The notes below the pieces were generated by a model that saw only the letters and a program-made list of their open reading frames with translations, ran no database searches and was not told the origin of the DNA. Of a stretch of 64,000 bases of DNA, positions 50,470-59,186 are shown piece after piece (the stretch's first letter is position 1; every line of letters starts with the position of its first letter). Source of the stretch: a virus; the IMG/VR virus record IMGVR_UViG_3300045996_002966, positions 7,960 to 71,959 of that record, one strand, 5' to 3'. The position numbers and the translations under genes are program-made.

Positions 50470-52680
50470 TTGGAAAAATTGGTTAAGAAGTCCAACGTGA
50501 GCCAGATCGACGATTACAAGGTGGGGAGGTTAGCAGAGGAAAAGCTTGATTCTTCCGGTCTCGACCTAGCCGATGCGAAGCAGCTACACATCGACATTCT
50601 CTCCTCCTCCCAAGCGAGTCCGCTGCTGCCCGAGGCGCTACGCGAGAAGAACAAGCGGGGCGTTCTCAAGTTCACCTACCACACGATCGAGGGTAAGCCC
50701 CTCATCGACAAGGCCACGAAGGCTCCCTACTACCGGGTTCGCCTGCTGGGCGATGATGATGCGGCTGCCGCCCCAGCCGTCCCACAGGGCGCCTTCGGTT
50801 CGGTTCCCATCGAGACCAAGAAGCGGCGCCCGGCGCGCTACTTCCAGCCCGCCAAGAGCCTGCCGCATCCTTACTTCCCCACCAACCTCACCGAGCTGAT
50901 CTACCTCGTCGATGGCGAGTGGCAGCAGCGCGACGTCACCTGGTCCGACCTTGCCCAGGATCCCGACCTGCCCGTCATCCTCACCGAGGGCGAGCTGAAG
51001 GCGGCGAAGGCCTGCGCGATGGGGTACGCAACGATCGGGCTGGGAGGCGTGCACGCCTGGAAGTCGGGCCCGCACGGGATTCCGTTTCTGCCCGAGCTGG
51101 AGGATTTCCTCTGGCATTCACGCCGCGTCTACATCTGCTTCGACTCCGACGTGATGACCAAGCCCGCGGTGGCGGAGGCCCTGGAACAACTCTCGGGTGA
51201 GCTGGTCGATCGCGGCGCGGACGTCTTCATCGTGCTACTGCCTCCCATCTACGCCGAGGGCGCGGAGGATAAGAAGCAAGCGCCGAAGACGGGGCTCGAT
51301 GACTTCTTCGTTCACGTGCCGGGTGCGGAGGAGCAGTTCCGCTACCTGCTGCAGGAAGCTCAGCACTTCGGCCTCGCGCGCCCGCTGTTCGAGCTCAACC
51401 ACAAGTATGTCTACGTCGCCGACAAGCACTTCATCCTCAACCTGAAGAACCTCTCCATCGCCAGCCCCGCACAGTTTCGCGACACCGAGGGCAACGTGAG
51501 CGTGGTGATCCCGTCGGTCAAGCAGGGCAAGGTCAGCTATGAGAAGCAGGCGGCCCCGGCCCAGTGGCTGCGCTGGCCCTTGCGAGGCTCGGTCGAGGGG
51601 CTGGTCTATCGGCCCTGCCCGCCCGGCTCCGAGCTGCGCTTCGTCGAGGGCAGGTACAACACCTGGCGGGGCTACGGCTGCGAGCCCAAGCCGGGCGACG
51701 TGGGTCCGTTCCTGAAGCTCATCGACCACATCTTCACCGACGCCGACCCCGGCGCGAAGGAGTGGTTTCTACGCTGGCTGGCCTACCCGCTGCAGAAGCC
51801 CTCCAAGATGCTGACCGCCGCGGTGCTCTGGGGCATCGAGCAGGGTACGGGGAAATCCGTGATTGGCAACCTGATGGGGCAAATCTACGGGGAGAACTTC
51901 TCGGCCATCAACCAGTCGCAGCTCCACTCAACCTTCAACCCCTGGGCCCACAACAAGCAGTTCATCATGGGCGAGGAGATTACCGGGGCCGGAGATAAGC
52001 GCTCTGACGCCAACGTGCTGAAGGATCTGATTAGCGGCAAGCGGGTGTGGGTCAACCAGAAGAATGTCTCGCAGTATCAGATCGACAATTATATCAACTT
52101 CCTCTTCACCTCTAACCACCCCGACGCCTTCTACCTCGAGGACAAGGACCGGCGCTATTTCATCCACCACGTGACCGTCGGCCCACTGCCGGCTTCGTTC
52201 TACCAGGGTGAGCTGCGCAAGTGGGAGGACGCGGGCGGCGTGTCTCACCTGTTCGACTACCTGCTGCGCCTGGACCTGAAGGGCATGCACCACGACGATC
52301 GGGCCCTGGAGACCGAGGCGAAGCGGCAGATGATCGAGGACGTGCGTAGTGAGCTCTCCCTGTGGGTCAGCGAGCTGCGGAACAACCCGGATTCGGTCCT
52401 GAGGCTGGGCGAGGTGATCCACCCGGCCGAGCTGTTCACGAGCGCGCAGCTGCTGTCCTTCTACCAGACGCAGCACGACCTGACGGGGACGACGACCAAC
52501 GCAATGGGGCGCGAGTTGAAGCGCGCCGGCTTTACGCAGGTGCTAAGGGGCTCACCGATCCGAACCCAGGACGGGCTGCAGAATCGCTACTTCGTGATCC
52601 GTAATCCCGAGAGGTGGGTAAAGGCGACGATGGGACAAATCACCTCTCACCTGAATCAATTCGTCAGCCGTAAAAAGTAG
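50470..52680 (+). CDS. Primase-helicase (TOPRIM DUF3854-like plus SF3 helicase)
   Basis: LTEGELKA, ICFDSD, GLDDF; Walker A GIEQGTGKS; FTSN...DRRY. Confidence 0.92.
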   Translation: MEKLVKKSNVSQIDDYKVGRLAEEKLDSSGLDLADAKQLHIDILSSSQASPLLPEALREKNKRGVLKFTYHTIEGKPLIDKATKAPYYRVRLLGDDDAAAAPAVPQGAFGSVPIETKKRRPARYFQPAKSLPHPYFPTNLTELIYLVDGEWQQRDVTWSDLAQDPDLPVILTEGELKAAKACAMGYATIGLGGVHAWKSGPHGIPFLPELEDFLWHSRRVYICFDSDVMTKPAVAEALEQLSGELVDRGADVFIVLLPPIYAEGAEDKKQAPKTGLDDFFVHVPGAEEQFRYLLQEAQHFGLARPLFELNHKYVYVADKHFILNLKNLSIASPAQFRDTEGNVSVVIPSVKQGKVSYEKQAAPAQWLRWPLRGSVEGLVYRPCPPGSELRFVEGRYNTWRGYGCEPKPGDVGPFLKLIDHIFTDADPGAKEWFLRWLAYPLQKPSKMLTAAVLWGIEQGTGKSVIGNLMGQIYGENFSAINQSQLHSTFNPWAHNKQFIMGEEITGAGDKRSDANVLKDLISGKRVWVNQKNVSQYQIDNYINFLFTSNHPDAFYLEDKDRRYFIHHVTVGPLPASFYQGELRKWEDAGGVSHLFDYLLRLDLKGMHHDDRALETEAKRQMIEDVRSELSLWVSELRNNPDSVLRLGEVIHPAELFTSAQLLSFYQTQHDLTGTTTNAMGRELKRAGFTQVLRGSPIRTQDGLQNRYFVIRNPERWVKATMGQITSHLNQFVSRKK

Positions 52681-52681
52681 G

Positions 52682-52710
52682 TTTACAGTAATCAGCTTTC
52701 AGGTTAACTT
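52682..52710 (+). promoter_or_regulatory. Sigma70-type promoter for the tRNA-like element
   Basis: AAAAAGTAGG-TTTACA-N17-TAACTT. Confidence 0.65.
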
Positions 52711-52719
52711 AGCAGTAAG

Positions 52720-52794
52720 CGCGCGGTAGCTCAGTTGGCAGAGCGGCCAGGTCTGGCACCTAGCAGGGCGTGGGTTCGACTCCCACCCGCGCGT
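52720..52794 (+). tRNA. tRNA-like element with a non-canonical anticodon arm (Pro-TGG-like or pseudo-tRNA)
   Basis: 7-bp acceptor CGCGCGG/CCGCGCG, D arm GCTC-AGTTGGCA-GAGC, T arm GTGGG-TTCGACT-CCCAC. Confidence 0.75.
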
Positions 52795-52820
52795 CCTAAC
52801 CAAAGCCCAAGGAGATTTAC

Positions 52821-53048
52821 ATGAGACTGCAGAAAATCACGTTCCCCGGCCGCCCCGACCTCACCCGCTTCGCCGGTAGCCAGAAGGATGCGAGCGCCAC
52901 CCGTCGCGAGCTGGCCGACACCTTCAACGTGGGAGTCCGCTCAGGCGTGATCGAGCAAATCGAGGTCAACAGCAACAAGGAGGGTCTGCTCGACTTCCTC
53001 AACCAAGCCTTGGAGGAGGCCGCCAGCGGCGCCAAAGCGAGCGCCTGA
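52821..53048 (+). CDS. Hypothetical protein
   Basis: AAGGAG RBS; K.GLL.FLN motif. Confidence 0.75.
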   Translation: MRLQKITFPGRPDLTRFAGSQKDASATRRELADTFNVGVRSGVIEQIEVNSNKEGLLDFLNQALEEAASGAKASA

Positions 53049-53103
53049 GTCCTTACCCTACCCCAACGCCGCCAACCCCATGGCGCCCCCAAGGAGAACC
53101 CTC

Positions 53104-53475
53104 ATGAGCGTAATCTGCGAGATGAAGCCTACCCCGCCGGGTGAGAGGGGCTTAACTCACACGTACCGCGTTTATCAGGCCCTGCTGAACACCCAGCAGG
53201 ATTTCATGAACGTCGCCCAGCTGGTGAAGGCTACCGGCTCGAACTTCAACCAGGTCTCGGCAGCCCTGTTCTCGCTGCGCAAGTTCCAGGCGGTCGATGT
53301 GGTGATCGAGAACGACGGCGTAGGCTGGTGGTTCGCGACGCCCGAGACCGACCTTCGCTCGCGCCACGTCCAAGAGCGCAGGGTGGAGGAGCCGGGGCAC
53401 CGGAGGCTTCGCGGCGGTCCACGTCGTGGGCGTGCCAAGGTCATTCAAATCAAACGCAGCGGAGAAGTAGAATGA
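53104..53475 (+). CDS. Winged-helix-like DNA-binding protein
   Basis: MNVAQLVKATG...QVSAAL..LR; basic tail; AAGGAG RBS. Confidence 0.65.
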   Translation: MSVICEMKPTPPGERGLTHTYRVYQALLNTQQDFMNVAQLVKATGSNFNQVSAALFSLRKFQAVDVVIENDGVGWWFATPETDLRSRHVQERRVEEPGHRRLRGGPRRGRAKVIQIKRSGEVE

Positions 53476-53789
53476 AAAGACCCACCCAATACCTTCCCCC
53501 GCGTAGCGTGGTGGTAGGCGACCTCGCGTTTCTGGTGGTTACCGTCGTGCTCGGGGATCGGCTGATGGTCCCGCTGACCTCGATCAACGTGATAACCCGA
53601 GTGCCTATGTCCGATGTTGAGGAGGCGGGTCTGCTCACCGAGGAGATAGTGGAGCAGCTGGTGGCCGAGTCGGGCTTGACAGAGGGCGAGCGGACTACCC
53701 TGATGAAACTCAAGGACGGGGTACCAATCGTGCTCTGCGACACGCCGGATGACATCCTCAGCGCGATCGCCGAGGCGCGGCGACCATGA
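53472..53789 (+). CDS. Hypothetical protein
   Basis: GGAG RBS; ATGA overlaps. Confidence 0.7.
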   Translation: MKRPTQYLPPRSVVVGDLAFLVVTVVLGDRLMVPLTSINVITRVPMSDVEEAGLLTEEIVEQLVAESGLTEGERTTLMKLKDGVPIVLCDTPDDILSAIAEARRP

Positions 53790-53980
53790 GCGAGAAGGGC
53801 ACGTCGATCCCCTCGACCCTGAGCGGGCCGTTCTACGTGGCCAAGCTCGAGAGGAAGCGCTGCCCTACCTGCGGGCGTGGACCGAACTTTCACCAAGGTT
53901 GCTCCATGCTCGAGTGCCCGATGCGTCGAGTCATCACCGCCCGGCCCTCGATGGGTCGGCGCCCAGGCGAGGAGGAGTAG
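53786..53980 (+). CDS. Small zinc-finger-like protein
   Basis: CPTC...C....CP. Confidence 0.65.
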   Translation: MSEKGTSIPSTLSGPFYVAKLERKRCPTCGRGPNFHQGCSMLECPMRRVITARPSMGRRPGEEE

Positions 53981-53981
53981 C

Positions 53982-54215
53982 GTGAGAGTTGCCGAGCTGG
54001 TCCAGCTGCTGCGGGAGTATCAGGCGGTTCACGGACCGAACGCACCCGTCACCTCCCAGGGCCGCGAGGTGGTCGGCCTGCGCCTGGCCCACACCCTTAT
54101 TAGCAGCAATCAGCTTCCCATCATCGTCATTCAACTAAAGGAACCCCATGAACCCCATGAACCCCATGAACCTCAGCTCGATGCCCTACCCGCGGCAGAC
54201 CCAACCCAGCTTTGA
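53982..54215 (+). CDS. Hypothetical protein
   Basis: GAGGAGGAG RBS and GTG start; M.V.EL...L...Q..HG...V motif. Confidence 0.6.
   Translation: MRVAELVQLLREYQAVHGPNAPVTSQGREVVGLRLAHTLISSNQLPIIVIQLKEPHEPHEPHEPQLDALPAADPTQL
54141..54172 (+). repeat. 9-nt tandem repeat (GAACCCCAT)x3.5
   Basis: Seen directly; creates three in-frame ATGs. Confidence 0.9.
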
Positions 54216-54312
54216 TCGGCGCGCGTGGCAGTCGACCCACGACACCCACATGCACCCGTGGACCAACCATGAGCACGTGCCTCTCGCCATCTTGCCCAAG
54301 CAGGCGTGGTAG
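54148..54312 (+). CDS. Possible 54-aa His-rich protein, not in the ORF track
   Basis: AAGGA RBS; MNPMNPMNLSS...; stops 2 nt before the next ATG. Confidence 0.4.
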   Translation: MNPMNPMNLSSMPYPRQTQPSFDRRAWQSTHDTHMHPWTNHEHVPLAILPKQAW

Positions 54313-54314
54313 CG

Positions 54315-54623
54315 ATGATGAGATACGCCATCCTCGCCCTTGCGCTCGCACTCACCGGCTGCGGATCGGGCTCCGAAGCGCCTACCGCCGAGCCGATCAA
54401 AACGAAGGGCACGAACGTCTGGGAGTTCCCGAACGACCCGACCTGTGCCAATGCCAAGCTCGCGACCGCTGGCTACTACCGCGCCTATCCCGATCGCGTG
54501 ACGAGCGCGGCGCCGGCGGTTGAGACTTGGTGGTACCTGACGATGGACTATGCGCGGGTGTTTGATTGGCGCTACGGCGTCTGCCTGCTCAGCGACTTCC
54601 ACCAGGCCCACCCACGCTACTAG
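54315..54623 (+). CDS. Lipoprotein
   Basis: MRYAILALALALTGC lipobox. Confidence 0.8.
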   Translation: MMRYAILALALALTGCGSGSEAPTAEPIKTKGTNVWEFPNDPTCANAKLATAGYYRAYPDRVTSAAPAVETWWYLTMDYARVFDWRYGVCLLSDFHQAHPRY

Positions 54624-54634
54624 GGAGGCGACGA

Positions 54635-55240
54635 ATGAGAGAGTGGCTTACCGAGGCGGAACGTCTGGTCGTAGCGTTCGAGAATACGATGAGGGCCAAC
54701 TGGCCAAACCTAACTGTGACTATCGCTCGTGATGCTCTGCTCGCTCATCTGCGTGCGGCGCCCGAAGCGCCTGGAGAACTGACTGAGCAGCAGGCGTTTG
54801 AGGCGTGGATGGAAGCCAGCGCCGACGAGGAACGATGGGATGGCTGCGACATCAACGACGCACTGTGGTACGCATGGCAGGCCCGTGCCGCCCTTGCCGC
54901 CGCGCCCGAAGCGCCTGGAGAACTGACGGACGATGACATTCTCCGGCGTCTGGATAGTGCCGGTATCGACGTCGATCCCTTGCTGGCGCTCGCCGTGGCT
55001 CGCGTCGTCATCGAGGCCGCAGAGATCAAAGCCATCGATGCCGTCTGCGACTCCTATGCAGCAGAGAACCAGCGGTTCAGCGACGAGATTGACCGTCTGC
55101 GCGCCGCTCTAGCTGCTCCAGCAGGGGAGCCGGTAGGCTGGGTCACCGCCGATGGGTTTCCCGCGCTCAAAGGGCACAAACCGCTGCCGCCGGGCACCTT
55201 GCTCTACACCCGCCCATCCGTAGAGCAGGAGCCGAAGTGA
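54635..55240 (+). CDS. Mosaic hypothetical protein
   Basis: GGGAGG RBS; repeated APEAPGELT linkers; AWQARAAL and DSYAAENQRF modules. Confidence 0.75.
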   Translation: MREWLTEAERLVVAFENTMRANWPNLTVTIARDALLAHLRAAPEAPGELTEQQAFEAWMEASADEERWDGCDINDALWYAWQARAALAAAPEAPGELTDDDILRRLDSAGIDVDPLLALAVARVVIEAAEIKAIDAVCDSYAAENQRFSDEIDRLRAALAAPAGEPVGWVTADGFPALKGHKPLPPGTLLYTRPSVEQEPK

Positions 55241-55599
55241 AAGCAACCATCAAAGCACCTCGCGGCAAGTGCCTTACTGACGGCGGCATCTCAAGAATGA
55301 CCATCTATGCCGAGAACCCTGCCGATGAGGTTCGCATGAAGGAACTGGAGCGATGGTTTATGGATTGGAGGCTGACGGTTGGCCCCGCCGCTCTAGCTCC
55401 AGCAGGGGAGCCAGAATGGCAACCAACGCATCGCCACATGGATGGCGGGCTTTACCGTTTCGAACGGGAGGTGATGATCAGGAGCGACGACGACGAGGCG
55501 TGGCGTGAGGGCGTGGAATACACCTGCGATCGCCCGCAGGCGCGGCCCTACGTGACTTCGAAAACCCGCTGGCAGAAGCGGTTCATTCCACTGAAGTAA
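55237..55599 (+). CDS. Hypothetical protein with a C-terminal PTHRH.DGGLY module
   Basis: AGGAG RBS; GTGA overlap. Confidence 0.7.
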   Translation: MKATIKAPRGKCLTDGGISRMTIYAENPADEVRMKELERWFMDWRLTVGPAALAPAGEPEWQPTHRHMDGGLYRFEREVMIRSDDDEAWREGVEYTCDRPQARPYVTSKTRWQKRFIPLK

Positions 55600-55603
55600 C
55601 GTC

Positions 55604-55861
55604 GTGAAGGTGTACCTGCTCGGCGGCCCTAGCGAGCTGCGCTTCAGGCAGATCAACGTGGAGTTTTATGCGGTGCTGGCCGACGGTACGCGAAAGCCGA
55701 TTGATACGAAGGCAGCGAAGCCCTCTGAGCTGTGGCTCGCTTACCAACCCAGTACCCGCATTCCGGTGGTTTACGTCTATCGCAACTTCTTCGTGTTCCC
55801 TAAGGGTAAAAGCGCGTTGTTCTACTTCGAAGGCGAGCGCTCGCCGAAGGAATTTCAGTGA
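55604..55861 (+). CDS. Hypothetical protein
   Basis: L.GGP N-terminal motif; fits the operon. Confidence 0.6.
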   Translation: MKVYLLGGPSELRFRQINVEFYAVLADGTRKPIDTKAAKPSELWLAYQPSTRIPVVYVYRNFFVFPKGKSALFYFEGERSPKEFQ

Positions 55862-55893
55862 AGCCTATCTACGTCTAAATGAAAGGTTCGGAA

Positions 55894-56058
55894 ATGACTA
55901 ATCGTAGTCTTTATCTTCTCATGGCCGCTTTGAGTATGGTGCTAGGGTTCCTTAATGCTTTGGTTTATGCGTACCAAGGCTACCCCCATAGTCTTATCCT
56001 GTCTGTCATTTTGATCTTTGTTGGCCTCCTGCTTATGGGTTTCACCGTAAGAAAATAA
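55894..56058 (+). CDS. 54-aa two-TM protein, not in the ORF track
   Basis: MTNRSLYLLMAALSMVLGFLNALV...ILIFVGLLLMGFTVRK. Confidence 0.6.
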   Translation: MTNRSLYLLMAALSMVLGFLNALVYAYQGYPHSLILSVILIFVGLLLMGFTVRK

Positions 56059-56061
56059 GGG

Positions 56062-56090
56062 TTTATCTCTAGCCTCGCCTGAGTTAGAAT
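56062..56090 (+). promoter_or_regulatory. Sigma70-type promoter
   Basis: AAAATAAGGG-TTTATC-N17-TAGAAT. Confidence 0.65.
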
Positions 56091-56138
56091 AGCCTTTGGC
56101 TCCCAAGCCCTTAAACCGTAACTCAGAGGAATCAGAAA

Positions 56139-56561
56139 ATGGCCACAAACGTGATTCAGATGCCGAAGCGCGGGGCGCAACCCTTCAAGCCCCCGAAGCA
56201 GCTGGCGGTATGCGGCGACCTGCTCTACACCACGCGGCAGGAGCGCCTCGCACTCGAGAAGCTGGTCGAGGAGCTGAAGACGAAGGAGAACATTCTTCGC
56301 GAGCACCTCATCGCGAACCTGCCGAAGTCCGAGGCGAGCGGGATCGCCGGCAAGATCGCCCGCGTGAAGATCGACACGAAGGACGTCCCGCACGTCAAGG
56401 ACTGGGAGACTCTGCAGAAGTACGTGAAGCGTACCGGCTCCTTTGAGCTGCTGCAGCGTCGCATCTCCGACACGGCGGTCAAGGAGCGGTGGGAGGCTGG
56501 CAAGGAGGTGCCGGGCGTCGAGCGGTTCACCGCGACCGTCGTGTCGTGCACGAAGGTGTAA
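56139..56561 (+). CDS. Conserved coiled-coil replication-module protein (Gam/Gp157-like)
   Basis: V.DW..L..Y....FELLQRR...AVKE....G..VPGV motif. Confidence 0.75.
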   Translation: MATNVIQMPKRGAQPFKPPKQLAVCGDLLYTTRQERLALEKLVEELKTKENILREHLIANLPKSEASGIAGKIARVKIDTKDVPHVKDWETLQKYVKRTGSFELLQRRISDTAVKERWEAGKEVPGVERFTATVVSCTKV

Positions 56562-56579
56562 AAAAGGGGGAAAGAACCA

Positions 56580-56795
56580 ATGAGAGAGAAGTTCAGTCTG
56601 CTCCGGTGCATCAGCTGGGTTTCGCATAGCCTGCTCTCGCTGATCATCCTCGGGCTCCTCCTGATCGTGGCCTCGTTCGGGGTCCACTACTACCGGGAGG
56701 AGAATCTCATCATGACGCTGGTCTCGGCAGGCGTCTTCGCTTTCGGTGTTCTCGTCTTCATCAATGCGTGGCGCCTGCGCCTGACGGAGCTATAG
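56580..56795 (+). CDS. Two-TM membrane protein
   Basis: Hydrophobic helices. Confidence 0.6.
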   Translation: MREKFSLLRCISWVSHSLLSLIILGLLLIVASFGVHYYREENLIMTLVSAGVFAFGVLVFINAWRLRLTEL

Positions 56796-56797
56796 CT

Positions 56798-57070
56798 ATG
56801 TTGTCTGATGCGGTCGCAACTCTGGTGCAGGAGATAAATGAGCTGAAAAACCGGCTTGAGGAGGAGGAGCGTGAATTACGAGACCTTCAAGCTGTCTGTG
56901 CCCACGCCTTTAGAATCAAGAGCACGACGACGCAGGACTACGGTGATGGCAGCGATACCTGGGTTCACTCGCTCGAGTGCATCCGCTGCTTTCAGAGCAG
57001 GATCATGTGGGAAAAGGCTCCGGAGGAAGCACCAGCGGAAATGGTCAAGCGTCGCTGGGGGGTAAAGTAA
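56798..57070 (+). CDS. Coiled-coil plus CxH/CxxC protein
   Basis: GGAG RBS; LQAVCAH...ECIRC. Confidence 0.7.
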   Translation: MLSDAVATLVQEINELKNRLEEEERELRDLQAVCAHAFRIKSTTTQDYGDGSDTWVHSLECIRCFQSRIMWEKAPEEAPAEMVKRRWGVK

Positions 57071-57276
57071 TGGAGAGCTGGCAACTCGCACTGCTCATCT
57101 CGCAGCTGTTTATGCTGACGGCTGTTCGTGAGTGTCGCGGTCTTCTCATCATCATGGGTCTAGGCTGGGCGGTGATAACCGGTGTTGTTATCGCCAAGGA
57201 GGCAATTGAACATAAGGAGGTAGTGAAGCAATATCAAAAGTACCAGTCACCAGTCACACGTCACAAGTCAACCTGA
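57070..57276 (+). CDS. Small membrane protein
   Basis: TAATG overlap; hydrophobic. Confidence 0.55.
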   Translation: MESWQLALLISQLFMLTAVRECRGLLIIMGLGWAVITGVVIAKEAIEHKEVVKQYQKYQSPVTRHKST

Positions 57277-57291
57277 AAGGAAATCAAGACC

Positions 57292-58227
57292 ATGGCAACA
57301 AAAGCCAAGAAAGGACCGGCCACCGAGTCGGTGGAGGAGCAGAAACCCACGAGCGCCCTTACCACCCCACCCGCTACCAACGGCGCGATGGTGGACTGGG
57401 AGGAGGAGATGCAGCGGGAGGCAGCAGCCGCGGCGAAGATGGAGCAGAACGCCGGCGGCGGTCAGTTCTTCTCGATCAAGGGCGGTATCCTCTCCTTCGC
57501 GGAGGCGCCCATCCCGAACAACGAGATGGCGGTCGTCATCCTCGACTCGATCCTCGAAAACGTGTACTACACCGCCGACTACGACCCCGACGACCCGCAG
57601 GGTCCGGCGTGCTTCGCGTTCGGCCGCGACGAGAAGGAGATGGTACCGCACGAGGTTGTGTTCGCGAACGGCACTCAGCAAAGCGAGAAGTGCGAGACCT
57701 GCCCGTGGAACCAGTGGGCGTCGGCCGACAAGGGTAAGGGGAAGGCCTGCAAGAACGCACGTCGGCTGGCTCTCGTGGGTGCCGGCACCTTCGATAAGAA
57801 CGGGGTATTCACAATGGATACGCGCCCGCTCTCCTATTCCGACGGCCCGGTCGGCTTCCTGCGCATCCCGGTCACGAGCGTGAAGGGCTACGCGATGTTC
57901 GTGAAGCGGGTTGCGTCGGTGCTGGGTCGCCCGCCCTACGGCGTGGTTACCAAGGTGAAGGTCTCGCCTCATCCGAAACACCAGGTCGAGCTGTCGTTTG
58001 AGGTGCTCGAGAAGGTGCCCGCCGAGCTGATGCCCGTGGTCATGGCACGAGCCAAGGAAGCACGCGGGACGATCGATTTCCCCTACCAGGTAGGCAGCGA
58101 GCCCGAGGAGGCTCCGAGCCCGAAGAAGGCCGCTCGTACACCTGCCGGGGTTAAGGCAGCGGCGAAGGCGGCTCCTGTCAAGGGGCGCGCTCCCGCCAGG
58201 GCTCCGGCCCGCGCTGCCAAGTATTGA
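57292..58227 (+). CDS. Putative ssDNA-binding / annealing protein
   Basis: N.YY...YD....P.CF, C..CP.NQW.S...GKGKACKN.RRLA; highly biased codons; own terminator. Confidence 0.75.
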   Translation: MATKAKKGPATESVEEQKPTSALTTPPATNGAMVDWEEEMQREAAAAAKMEQNAGGGQFFSIKGGILSFAEAPIPNNEMAVVILDSILENVYYTADYDPDDPQGPACFAFGRDEKEMVPHEVVFANGTQQSEKCETCPWNQWASADKGKGKACKNARRLALVGAGTFDKNGVFTMDTRPLSYSDGPVGFLRIPVTSVKGYAMFVKRVASVLGRPPYGVVTKVKVSPHPKHQVELSFEVLEKVPAELMPVVMARAKEARGTIDFPYQVGSEPEEAPSPKKAARTPAGVKAAAKAAPVKGRAPARAPARAAKY

Positions 58228-58264
58228 ATTAACTGAGTTTTCCTCCCTGGCTGAGAAGCCTTTA

Positions 58265-58297
58265 CCCGGCGGTCTTTTCCAGGATCGCCGGGCTTTT
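58265..58297 (+). terminator. Intrinsic terminator
   Basis: CCCGGCGGTC-loop-GATCGCCGGG-CTTTT. Confidence 0.75.
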
Positions 58298-58318
58298 CCT
58301 TAGACTAGGAATGAAAAA

Positions 58319-58540
58319 ATGAAACAACGAACCGATCTGGAGGTACTGAATACTTCGTGGTTGGAGTTGAATGAAGTTGTGCGTGCTGCCGACGAGCAGA
58401 CCTGTCTTGACCTTCTTGATGCTGAGATGAAAGGGAAGCGCCGCTCTCAATTCGCCCTGCGCATCTGGTCGAGGTTCAACCGCATGCGCGGGCTGCGCGA
58501 GAAGGCAGAGCTGCAGAAGAAGCTGAAAAATAGGAAATGA
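58319..58540 (+). CDS. Hypothetical protein
   Basis: W..LNE....DE.....L..E....RR motif. Confidence 0.7.
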   Translation: MKQRTDLEVLNTSWLELNEVVRAADEQTCLDLLDAEMKGKRRSQFALRIWSRFNRMRGLREKAELQKKLKNRK

Positions 58541-58896
58541 TAAACAGCCTTATCTACACGTCCCTTTCAGAGATGATCCTAGCAATGTCTACTGAAAGCG
58601 TTACGTCTTACCACGGGCAGCAGATCCAATTCACCTCAGCTGGGCGCACCTGGTTGTTGAACAGCCGCGTTGCCGTAGCTACCAAATACCCTTACGCGCC
58701 GTGGAGCATCGACGTCAACTGCAGCGGCCCTGCGGCGCGCGACCTCTACCGCCGCTGGCAAACCCATAAGGGTTCCGATACTCCGTGGACCGGCGTGATT
58801 GCCTTCCCAGGTATCGAGGCTCGGTTGGTCTTCATCAACAACCTCGGCAAGCGCGCTGATGGTGAATATCAAATTACCTTTCGGGAGCAAAAGTGA
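58537..58896 (+). CDS. Hypothetical protein
   Basis: ATGA and GTGA coupling. Confidence 0.6.
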   Translation: MINSLIYTSLSEMILAMSTESVTSYHGQQIQFTSAGRTWLLNSRVAVATKYPYAPWSIDVNCSGPAARDLYRRWQTHKGSDTPWTGVIAFPGIEARLVFINNLGKRADGEYQITFREQK

Positions 58897-59186
58897 AGGA
58901 CGTTCAATTTCAAATTCCCCGGCTCGACGGACTAGGGGCGAATACCATTTTGCTCACCGATGTGAAATCGGTCCACGTCATCAAACCGATGGAGGGACCG
59001 GCTCGGGTCCAGGTCACCTTCGGTGGCTGCTCGGACAACGCGTTGCTTTGGCGATCCTGTACGACGTTCTCCCAAGGAACCCTTTACTTTGAGGAGCAAA
59101 GTGGACCCTACGAGTTAACGTCGGTTCAATTTCACGCTGACGGCACCCAGGAGGCTCTGTTCACGGAGAACCTGATCGATGACTAA
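58893..59186 (+). CDS. Hypothetical protein
   Basis: GGGAG RBS; GTG start. Confidence 0.6.
   Translation: MKDVQFQIPRLDGLGANTILLTDVKSVHVIKPMEGPARVQVTFGGCSDNALLWRSCTTFSQGTLYFEEQSGPYELTSVQFHADGTQEALFTENLIDD

Noticed and set aside
52753-52759. Reading the tRNA-like element as tRNA-Ala(GGC) with loop CTGGCAC
   Set aside because: The flanking bases do not form a stem in that register and there is no G3-U70 pair.
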